Origin: Methanobacteriota archaeon
GTDB lineage: Archaea; Halobacteriota; Methanosarcinia; Methanosarcinales; Methanogasteraceae
DNA length: 42,501 bases
Direction: 5' to 3'
Assembly: GCA_034659035.1 (NCBI GenBank)
Contig: JAYEGI010000099.1
Span: 1 to 42,501, forward strand
The position numbers and the translations under genes are program-made. Below, one piece after another: positions 9,654 through 17,872 of this stretch. Numbering within the stretch: the first letter of the stretch is position 1; each line of letters begins with the position of its first letter. Below the pieces are notes generated by a model. It ran no database searches, was not told the DNA's origin, and worked only from the letters and a program-made list of their open reading frames with translations.

Positions 9654-10127
9654 TCATTTCCCGGATTCCTCATCGCTGTCGCAGCCATCACACCCAACAT
9701 CGCAGAGCGCACAACCGGACCCGGACCCGCGCTCGGTTCCAGTCTCGGTGTCCAGCACCCGCGTGGCATAAGCGAGCACGGTCGCGTTTGAGAGCGTGCC
9801 AGCAATCAGGATCGCATCGAAGATCTCTTCCTTTGACAACCCGAGTTTCTCTGCGATGCGGATATGCATTCTCAGGCAGTGGTCGCACCTGATCGCAGCA
9901 GATACGCCTATTGAGATTAGTTCAACCGTCTTCGGGTCGAGACGTTTGAACTCCCGGATGATCGCACTGTCATAGAGAATCTTTGGGACCAGCAGTTCCG
10001 GGGTCTCCTTCATAAACTGCAGGATGTATGGTATCTCGCCGTAGTACTTCTCAACGCTATTAAGCAGTTCCTCGGTCGCCTCATCAGGATCCATCCTCAT
10101 GATCCTCTGGATTTTCTCAATGTCCAT
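9654..10127 (-). CDS. carboxymuconolactone decarboxylase/AhpD-like family protein with a Cys-rich acidic tail
   Basis: 157-aa ORF. ELISIGVSAAIRCDHCLRMH has the CxxC motif of the CMD/AhpD fold. Unusual C-terminal tail GSGSGCALCDVGCDGCDSDEESGK. Confidence 0.75.
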   Translation of the reverse strand: MDIEKIQRIMRMDPDEATEELLNSVEKYYGEIPYILQFMKETPELLVPKILYDSAIIREFKRLDPKTVELISIGVSAAIRCDHCLRMHIRIAEKLGLSKEEIFDAILIAGTLSNATVLAYATRVLDTETGTERGSGSGCALCDVGCDGCDSDEESGK

Positions 10128-10154
10128 TCGCGCCTCCGACTTCTACCCGGTCAT

Positions 10155-11078
10155 CTAAATAACGAAACCGGTCACCGATTTCGGTAGTATTCTTATTAAC
10201 ATATAATCTCGCACCTCTGACGGCAGCACCTTTGCAATCTCGCTGAGGGTAACGCCTTCCTCGAATGTTATATTCTCGATCGCTTCCTTGCATTGTGAAT
10301 ATGGCAGTTTTACGCGGGCACCCATGAGTTGCAGCGTGATTGGGGATGGAGAGAGGGATTTATTGATTTTTGGAATCTGTTCCTTGATCTCCTTCATGAT
10401 GCGTGCCGGATGGGTGGTCAATGGATCCTTTGATATCTCGAGCCGCTGCTCATCGAGCGTTTTGCCCACAGTCTCGACCAGTCGGTCAAGAGCGTCAAGT
10501 TCGCCTTCGAGTTTCAGCCGGTGCGCGATTCTTCCGAGATGCCCGACATAGTCTTTCGCATACATGGGCGGCTCCGGAAGTTCTGGCGTACCTGTGATGA
10601 TGCAGGGCACGTCGAGATCCTTGTAGAGGACGTACTTCTCGTTCATCAGGCAGTCTTCGAAGTTTCCGAGAGCAAATATCGCAAGATCGTGCTCATTAAC
10701 CAGTTCACGCTCTTTTGCAGATATCTGCGCAATCCGCCTCCCGACACCTCTTGCAAGCCCGATTAACGTTGTATTTGCTCCAAACCTACGCATATACTCT
10801 GCTAAATCGCATGAATGGTGTGGAAGGTGGTGATACGCCAATGTTGGCGAGATCACGATGATATCGGTGCCAGTAAGCGGCGCTCTCGTGATCTTGGCAC
10901 GGAGTTCCTTTGCCATATCTTCGAGCATGGATATGTCTTCATGCGGGCAGAGCATCTGGATCATGACCTCTGTCTGCATGTAATTGGTCTGGAGGACATA
11001 TCCACCAAGATCCTCTATGAGTTCGATGACAAGATTGTGTTTGAAGACGCCGCCCTCATACATGATAGGTTCAAGCAT
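10155..11078 (-). CDS. mmp7: methanogenesis marker protein 7-like
   Basis: 307-aa ORF. N-terminus YEGGVFKHNLVIELIEDLGGYVLQ and its size and position after marker 17 match my recollection of the marker 7 family. The specific marker number is from memory. Confidence 0.65.
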   Translation of the reverse strand: MLEPIMYEGGVFKHNLVIELIEDLGGYVLQTNYMQTEVMIQMLCPHEDISMLEDMAKELRAKITRAPLTGTDIIVISPTLAYHHLPHHSCDLAEYMRRFGANTTLIGLARGVGRRIAQISAKERELVNEHDLAIFALGNFEDCLMNEKYVLYKDLDVPCIITGTPELPEPPMYAKDYVGHLGRIAHRLKLEGELDALDRLVETVGKTLDEQRLEISKDPLTTHPARIMKEIKEQIPKINKSLSPSPITLQLMGARVKLPYSQCKEAIENITFEEGVTLSEIAKVLPSEVRDYMLIRILPKSVTGFVI

Positions 11079-11674
11079 TATAAATCCCCCTTCAGTTGAT
11101 CCATTATATCTTCAGCTTTCTTGATCCACTCAGGCTTTATAGAATCCTCTGATGCCACAAATAACATCTCCGAACCTGTTGAAACATGATGACGCACCCG
11201 GAAACCCTCTGGTGTGATCCGGAGCAGAGCATCGGCAAGTCTCGTCTCGATCTCCCTGCGCGGATCTGCGATGACCACGTCTGCAAGATTTTCTGCAACC
11301 TCGTCCTTGTTATCGGTGTCTATCGTTATCACCAGCCGTTCTGGCTGCGAGACGTTCTCGCGTCCGTACTCTATCCAGAGGATGCTTAGCAGTGTCGAGA
11401 CATGCTCTTCGTTTGTGAGTTTCAGCTCCACCTGTTTAGCGCTCGGCGTACCTGTCGAGATATCTGCCATATCCTTGACACAGATCGATGGAAGACCGGT
11501 TCTTATCAGCGTACAGAAGATGAAAAACGGCTCAGTTGGATCGATGTATACCCATAGACGCCCCAATACCGTGGTGAGTTCCAGGTCAGCGAGGACATCG
11601 CGGATCACTGATTCGTAAGCTTCGGCGCCGGTTTTATCCGGAGACTCGACCCTTAACACTTCGAGCGGCAACAT
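11078..11674 (-). CDS. mmp17: methanogenesis marker protein 17-like
   Basis: 198-aa ORF translationally coupled to neighbours (1-nt overlap with the downstream gene). Size and position between marker 15 and marker 7 fit the conserved cluster. Confidence 0.6.
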   Translation of the reverse strand: MLPLEVLRVESPDKTGAEAYESVIRDVLADLELTTVLGRLWVYIDPTEPFFIFCTLIRTGLPSICVKDMADISTGTPSAKQVELKLTNEEHVSTLLSILWIEYGRENVSQPERLVITIDTDNKDEVAENLADVVIADPRREIETRLADALLRITPEGFRVRHHVSTGSEMLFVASEDSIKPEWIKKAEDIMDQLKGDL

Positions 11675-11681
11675 GTCTCAA

Positions 11682-12914
11682 TCACTCCTCGATAAAACCT
11701 GATGCTAAGAGAGCGGAACCGACAGCGCCGATCAACTGTGCATGAGGCGGCACAATTACCTCTGCCTGTAGCAGTTCGCGCATCGCTTGCGGTAGCCCCT
11801 CGATGAGTGCCGTGCCTCCAACCATGATCACAGGCTCCCGCACCTCGACCTCCTGGAGTTGCTGCTCAAAGACCTGTTCTGCCACGCTGTAACAGGCTGC
11901 TGCTGCGACATCCTCGTGACGTGCCCCCTTCGATAGCGAGTTCACGAGACTCTGGATGCCAAATACGATGCAGTAGCTGTTCATCGAGATCTTGGATGCC
12001 TTGCCAGCAAGCGCAAGTTTTCCAAGTTCGGTGATGTCAACGCCAAGACGCTTTGCAGTCATCTCAAGGAAACGCCCTGATGCACCGGCACAGATTCCGC
12101 CCATCGTAAAGATTCCAGGGATTCCATCCTGTACCGATATCGCTTTGTTGTCCATCCCGCCGACATCGATCACGGTCGCTGCACCCTTCTGCCGGTCAGC
12201 AAGGTAGACCGCACCCTTGGAGTTCACTGTAATCTCTTCCTGGACAAGATCGGCATTGAATTCCTTTCCCAATATGAATCTGCCGTATCCGGTCACCCCG
12301 ATCGCCTGGATCGCATCCCTTTCGATTCCGGATTCCTTAAGGGCGGTTGAGTAAGCCTCCTCCGCGCTCTTCAAGACATCTGTGGAGCTGACCCATCCGA
12401 ATCCAAGAATCTCATTGTCTTTCATGATCACCGCCTTCGTGGTGGTCGATCCTGAGTCGATTCCAGCTGTAATCCCGGCCTGTTTCTCGCGTGCAAGCAG
12501 ACTGCGCCTCTTTGCGATGGTCGTCAGTGCCTCCATCCTTGTGAGGAGCGTGTCTGCGGTGGTGCGTTCTGTATACGAGTAACTGATAACAGGAAGCCCT
12601 GATTTATCATGGATGTACCTGCGGATCTCGTTTCTGACGAGCGCGCCCTCTGCGCACCTGAAACACGTCCCGATGAAAACAGCATCAGCAGTAGTATGTC
12701 CCTCAACGACCGAGATTGCGCGGGCAAGCATCAGTTTAAGGTCTGGACTCGTCACCTTGAGCCCGAACTTTGCCTCTGCCGCCTCCACTTCCTCGAGATC
12801 GATGTCCGGGAAGATAATCTTCGCTCCAACCTGCTCTGCTGCCGATTCGATCTCTCCTTGAATTCCTGTGTATTCGGAACCACAGGAGATCTGCGCGACC
12901 TCGATTTCACTCAT
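11682..12914 (-). CDS. mmp15: methanogenesis marker protein 15-like (BadF/BcrA/HgdC-type ATPase fold)
   Basis: 410-aa ORF. Acetate/sugar-kinase-type phosphate loops ([34 protein letters not shown]) are as in BcrAD/BadFG-like ATPases. Size and context fit marker 15. Confidence 0.7.
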   Translation of the reverse strand: MSEIEVAQISCGSEYTGIQGEIESAAEQVGAKIIFPDIDLEEVEAAEAKFGLKVTSPDLKLMLARAISVVEGHTTADAVFIGTCFRCAEGALVRNEIRRYIHDKSGLPVISYSYTERTTADTLLTRMEALTTIAKRRSLLAREKQAGITAGIDSGSTTTKAVIMKDNEILGFGWVSSTDVLKSAEEAYSTALKESGIERDAIQAIGVTGYGRFILGKEFNADLVQEEITVNSKGAVYLADRQKGAATVIDVGGMDNKAISVQDGIPGIFTMGGICAGASGRFLEMTAKRLGVDITELGKLALAGKASKISMNSYCIVFGIQSLVNSLSKGARHEDVAAAACYSVAEQVFEQQLQEVEVREPVIMVGGTALIEGLPQAMRELLQAEVIVPPHAQLIGAVGSALLASGFIEE

Positions 12915-13368
12915 TCTTTACCTCCTTACCAGCTCCAAGTTCATCTAAAAACTCGGATATCCTGTACACAAAATTCTCTGCCGCATCATCCGATATCGGA
13001 TAGGCAAGTTCGAGAATCGGGATACGTTTCGCACGTATCAGGAACCCCACAAGTTCGCTTGTCCGCTGGCAGCCCATGCACCCGAACCCGATCGGCGCGT
13101 CCTCGACAAGGATCGCCGCCTCTGCCGCCTCAATGAGCGGATCCAGAAGCGCCATGCGCCCGCGCACGCCAGCAGGCACCTCGACGGCAGCGTACTTAAG
13201 CCCGATCTTCGGATCCTCAGGCGTGATATTAAGTGGTGGTGAGTCGATTCCTGCCGTTGTGACTCTCTTCTTGATCTCCTGCATGACCGCAAGCGGCTTG
13301 TGGCCGAAACGCTCGACCAGATCGTACAGGATCAGACTGTTGCTTGGATAAATGAAGATATTCGCCAT
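12907..13368 (-). CDS. mmp5: methanogenesis marker protein 5-like
   Basis: 153-aa ORF overlapping the start of the marker 15 gene by 8 nt. Size and first position in the cluster fit marker 5. Confidence 0.6.
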   Translation of the reverse strand: MANIFIYPSNSLILYDLVERFGHKPLAVMQEIKKRVTTAGIDSPPLNITPEDPKIGLKYAAVEVPAGVRGRMALLDPLIEAAEAAILVEDAPIGFGCMGCQRTSELVGFLIRAKRIPILELAYPISDDAAENFVYRISEFLDELGAGKEVKNE

Positions 13369-13691
13369 GTTTCGCCTCGTTGATATGATATGATCAATTC
13401 TGGTGTATGTGTATGTCTGGAATCATAGGAACTAAAATAGTTTGCGGTTCCAGGGCTCAATTCGGCTGGTGTTCTGGTTCTGATTTGTATGTTTTTGGGT
13501 ATTTGGAACATGGAACAAGTGTGAAGTTTGGCGCCTTTTCACAAATTGTCCGGAGAATCGGAGAACAATAGTTTCTGAACATAGTTTCTTACTCCTTTAT
13601 TAGGGGCTCATGATATATGGCAGTCCAATCGTGCAGCGAAAATTCGGTGAGGTGTACTGTGTTTGCTGTACTATGAAAAGAGGTGATCAAA

Positions 13692-15671
13692 ATGCCAGAT
13701 AGAACAGAAAGACGAACCTGTGATGTGCGGGGTCACATCAGATTTGAGGAAGATGTAGATAGGGAAAAGCTTAGCCTGAAGGTGTATGCACGCATAGGGC
13801 GCCGCACGGTTGCCAGTGCTCCAGTGGATGCAGAAGGCAAGTTTAATCTAAAATTTAAACGAGCAGGAGCTGCGCCACCACCATCGATGACATTGATTGT
13901 GGGTCCACCTGTTTCCGAAGCCATGCTTACGGGTGCCAATACCGAACATATCCGGATATCTACCAGCGAATGGAAGAAATCAAGAGAATCGTTGGTGTTA
14001 GAGAAGGATGTTACGCTTGCGAAGGATGTTATAATCTGCATGCTTCCGCGAGAAATTAAAATCTGCGGTCTTGTATGCAAGGATATACCAATCGCTGACA
14101 CCGAACTGACACGATGTTGTCCGGTACCGTTTGCCAGGGTTGAGGTCTTTGATGTGGATTCACTGCTGAGCATAACACCTGTCAAAGCAAAGCCTGTTGA
14201 ATCGTATATACCGCAGGGGAAGCTCGGGAAGATACCTGAAGAGATGTCTCAAGTTGCAGAGAAAAGTGACGTTCTGGAGCGGACTGTTGGAGAGATCAGT
14301 ATAGTCGATACTTACACTCGTATACCTTTTTATTCGAAGGATAAATTGGGAGAGGTGTATACGGATGAGTGCGGGGAGTTCTGTTTCACTTTCACGTGGT
14401 TCCCAGGGTGCGCTCCTTCCATAGATGTAAGTCCTGACCTGATATTCAAGGTGTCGCAGACCTATTATGACCCTACGCATCCTGATGCAGATGCCAACGG
14501 ACTCGTGACTTTTGCAATATACTCCGAAGGGTACTCCGATACGCGATGGGACGTGCCTGACTATCACTGGGTGAAGCTGGATGCTGCTGATGGCGTGCTT
14601 GTATCCTGCAACCCTGACTGTCATCCCCTGCTGGACAGACGAGCACTCTTCGTGGGTGTAGGATATCAGGGGGTATATGCAGACATTGCGCAGGAAGATA
14701 ATGCGCCCAAAGCGTGCGGGTTTGTCTACAATGGCAACTTTGTGAAGAGCCCTTTTGGCGAGACACTTGACATCAGAGGAGTGTTTGGTAGTAAAGTCGA
14801 GGAAACAGGAGAGCGATTGTACCGGATATCATACGCAAAGATACCTGATTGCAACAGCAAACCAGCAGACGACGATCCAGGCGCATGGACACCCATAACA
14901 GATGAACTGGTCGAAAGGTACTATTACTGGGATTCTACAGTGGGAGCGCTGCACTATGATAATATGGCATTGGGACCGCACTCACTGCCGGGACATGCCA
15001 GTCCGGAGTTTTATAAAATAAGAAACACACAAGATGACGACGGACATGACATCCACTGGTTTGACCATAACCGCATTGCTGAATGGGACACTGATGGAGA
15101 AATACCAAACGGATTATACGTGCTAAAGATAGAGGTGTTTGACTCGGATGGTAACCCGGACCCTGCTGTGTATATGGGGGATGATCTTGGAAAGTATGCC
15201 TACATGTTCCTGCATATCAACAATAACAAGCCACACGTTGAGATCAAAGGAATCTTCAATGGAGGCGCACTAATAAATATGCAGTGTGGAGCGTTCGATC
15301 ATCTGATAGGTGAAGAAGTGAAGTTCCTGGTGGATGCATACCATGAAGATGACCATCTACTCTACTGGAGTGTGATATACCAGATCGGGTATGGATCTGC
15401 CAATGGCACGGTTTCTGAGGACATAAGCGGTTACACCGTAGAAGATTTCCGCGGCAAAGATAACGAGTTTATCGAGTGGGAGAACTTTGACGAAGACTTC
15501 GGATTGACAACCAATCACCCGAGCACATGTTCCACTTTCGGTGTGGCGATACAGTTAGCAGTATGCTCCAAAATAACCAATGGGTATGATTTCCTTAAAT
15601 CCAAACATGAACACTACAAGGAAGTACATGCAGGTTTGGCAGTTCACAACGCAGAAGAAGTAGAGTCATAG
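13692..15671 (+). CDS. large hypothetical protein (about 659 aa), no recognised domain
   Basis: The track ORF starts at a GTG at 13683. The ATG at 13692 lies 5-6 nt after AGGTGA. No signal peptide or TM helix seen. The N-terminus resembles a beta-sandwich (VRGHIRFEEDVD...KFNLKF). It looks like real coding sequence over 2 kb. Confidence 0.6.
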   Translation: MPDRTERRTCDVRGHIRFEEDVDREKLSLKVYARIGRRTVASAPVDAEGKFNLKFKRAGAAPPPSMTLIVGPPVSEAMLTGANTEHIRISTSEWKKSRESLVLEKDVTLAKDVIICMLPREIKICGLVCKDIPIADTELTRCCPVPFARVEVFDVDSLLSITPVKAKPVESYIPQGKLGKIPEEMSQVAEKSDVLERTVGEISIVDTYTRIPFYSKDKLGEVYTDECGEFCFTFTWFPGCAPSIDVSPDLIFKVSQTYYDPTHPDADANGLVTFAIYSEGYSDTRWDVPDYHWVKLDAADGVLVSCNPDCHPLLDRRALFVGVGYQGVYADIAQEDNAPKACGFVYNGNFVKSPFGETLDIRGVFGSKVEETGERLYRISYAKIPDCNSKPADDDPGAWTPITDELVERYYYWDSTVGALHYDNMALGPHSLPGHASPEFYKIRNTQDDDGHDIHWFDHNRIAEWDTDGEIPNGLYVLKIEVFDSDGNPDPAVYMGDDLGKYAYMFLHINNNKPHVEIKGIFNGGALINMQCGAFDHLIGEEVKFLVDAYHEDDHLLYWSVIYQIGYGSANGTVSEDISGYTVEDFRGKDNEFIEWENFDEDFGLTTNHPSTCSTFGVAIQLAVCSKITNGYDFLKSKHEHYKEVHAGLAVHNAEEVES

Positions 15672-15922
15672 ATGAGGAGGGCACGATTGTCCCCCCCCTC
15701 CTCGTCTATGAACGGTAATGGAATCTCCAAAGGCGATTCATCGATGCCGCTGTACGTATCATAGCATGTATGCGCGCCGTCTGTCGTAGTCAAGGGGGCA
15801 GCGGGTTTGAGTGTAGCGAGCGATTGGGTGGTTGGTTTGGTAATAAGGCCACAGAGCCACGGGGCAGGGAGGTTTTTATTGAATGGGCACATATAGTCTA
15901 TATTCCTAATTGAGGGGATTTT

Positions 15923-16756
15923 ATGCAGGCAAAACAAGCGATAATCCGGTCGGCAGTCGATATTGCAGAACGCATCCACGCATCCGCCATATTACTTCCG
16001 GATTCGTACACTTCCGAGCGTATCGGGATAGAGACCGAGATTCCGGTCATGATTATTCCAAAGCAGGCATCTGATCTGCTGTACCGGATCATCCCGAACC
16101 GTGTCGAAAAAGAGGAGGCCATACTCCATGCGCGTATCCAGGGGATCGCTGTCGCGGGGTATCTGAAAGGCGCACTAAGTGGTGTGGTCGTCGGGGTGAT
16201 CGCTGGTCCAAGTTTTGATTCGATTATTGTATACGATCCAAGAGGGAGTTATGCGGTAAAATCGCTGCAAGAACGCGAGGGATTGGTAAATTCGGACGCG
16301 TTCCGCGCAGTTATGGAACTCGCACTCGCACTCGCACTCGAAGGAAGAGAAGGAAGACATATCGGAACCGCCTTTATTATAGGGGATTCGGAGAATGTCC
16401 TGCGCGCATCACATCAACTCCTGTTAAACCCATTCAAAGGGCACGACCCGCATGACCTGATAATCACAGACCATGGCAACTGGGAGACGTTTAAGGAATT
16501 TGCACAACTGGACGGCGTTTTTGTGGTATCTGGTGATGGGGTCGCCTGCGCATCAGGCAGGTATCTCGATGTGGATGCCAGATCTGTGCGCATCCAGCAG
16601 GGTCTTGGCGGCAGACATGCATCATCAGCAGCGATCACCGCTGAAACTGATGCGGTTGCGGTCGTCGTCTCCGAGTCAGGTGTGATCAGAGTCTACCAGG
16701 GCGGAGAACAGATCATCGAGATCGAGTCGGGTGGGGTGGGCTGGATGCTACCGTAA
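15923..16756 (+). CDS. dacZ: diadenylate cyclase (archaeal DacZ-like, DisA_N/DAC domain)
   Basis: 277-aa ORF. The C-terminal half has GTAFIIGDSENV, DGVFVVSGDG and GLGGRHASSAAIT...VVVSESGVIRVY, matching the DGA and RHR-type motifs of DAC domains. Confidence 0.75.
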   Translation: MQAKQAIIRSAVDIAERIHASAILLPDSYTSERIGIETEIPVMIIPKQASDLLYRIIPNRVEKEEAILHARIQGIAVAGYLKGALSGVVVGVIAGPSFDSIIVYDPRGSYAVKSLQEREGLVNSDAFRAVMELALALALEGREGRHIGTAFIIGDSENVLRASHQLLLNPFKGHDPHDLIITDHGNWETFKEFAQLDGVFVVSGDGVACASGRYLDVDARSVRIQQGLGGRHASSAAITAETDAVAVVVSESGVIRVYQGGEQIIEIESGGVGWMLP

Positions 16757-16801
16757 CACATATAAGACAAACGCGTCATCAGCATCAATCGAGGCATACT
16801 C

Positions 16802-17458
16802 ATGAGACTACTGGTAATATCAGACCCACATGGCGATTATGCACACATACCGCTCCTTGTGCGTGAGGCAGATCGGGGCGGGCGTACCGATGCTGTGTTA
16901 ATTGCTGGCGACATCACCAATTTCGGACCCGATGAACTGACTTATAAACTGCTCGACCTGCTCGAACCACTCGGATGCCCTGTGCTTGCGATCCCGGGAA
17001 ACTGCGATCAGAGAAGCATCCTTACAACCCTCGACGCATCAAAAGCCGTCAATCTGGATGGTGCTGTGCACACTATCGAAAACGTCACATTCGCAGGTAT
17101 CGGCGGATCAAATCCAACACCATTTGACACGCCATTCGAGCGATCAGAAGATGAGATCGGAGTGATGCTCGAGGATCTCCTGACCCGGGCAGATAAGGGC
17201 GGCGGAACGATCGTTCTACTATCACATGCACCCCCGAAGAACACACTCGACAGGATACCAGATGGAAACGCGGGAAGCGATGCGCTTGCGTATGCAATCG
17301 GCAAGGTCGATCTGATCGTCTGCGGGCACATCCATGAGGATCAGGGTGAGATGACTCAACAGGGAACTGAAATCGTGAATGTCGGACAGGCGTCGCAGGG
17401 GCAGAGTGCAGTAATCACGATCAATGAGGGAATCGAGGTGCAGTTCAACAACATCTGA
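16802..17458 (+). CDS. metallophosphoesterase (MJ0936/YfcE-like phosphodiesterase family)
   Basis: 218-aa ORF with the calcineurin-like motif series SDPHGD, AGDITNFG, GNCD, SHAPP and CGHIHE. Confidence 0.8.
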   Translation: MRLLVISDPHGDYAHIPLLVREADRGGRTDAVLIAGDITNFGPDELTYKLLDLLEPLGCPVLAIPGNCDQRSILTTLDASKAVNLDGAVHTIENVTFAGIGGSNPTPFDTPFERSEDEIGVMLEDLLTRADKGGGTIVLLSHAPPKNTLDRIPDGNAGSDALAYAIGKVDLIVCGHIHEDQGEMTQQGTEIVNVGQASQGQSAVITINEGIEVQFNNI

Positions 17459-17872
17459 GTCACGGGTTCGAACTTTCACATCTTGTTCTGCTTAGGGCTT
17501 GCCAAAAAATAACCTGCTATGATGTCGAGTAGGACCCATAGCGCACCTATTGTTTGAGGTAATAGCCCCGAGGTTGTTATGAGCCACCCCACATGACCGG
17601 ACTTGAAGATTGACCACGGTGGCGTAGAGTTGCTGTTTTCTCTGCGTCCTCGTACTCTCCGTGGTTTTCCGATCCCATTCCAGAAGATAATGAAAAGTCC
17701 CGGACGATCGAGGGGCAACCTTTAAGATGGAGTTTAACATCACTGATGACTGGTTGTTTGCTACAAAGGACGAGTGAAGAGTAGCACATGTATTCAGGAG
17801 GGTGCGGGTCATGCCGCATCGCCACGCACAGAAAGAGTATATGAAGTTTGTTCCGGAGGTGCAAGAAGTAAG

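Noticed and set aside
15674-15703. GAGGAGGG...CCCTCCTC hairpin after the 13692-15671 gene, considered as a terminator
   Set aside because: No oligo-T tract follows, so it was not annotated as a terminator. It is mentioned only as context.
17476-17718. An 80-aa minus-strand ORF with a hydrophobic C-terminal half, between the phosphoesterase and the kinase genes
   Set aside because: There is no recognisable family or obvious ribosome-binding site, and it overlaps another ORF of similar size in a different frame. The evidence is insufficient.
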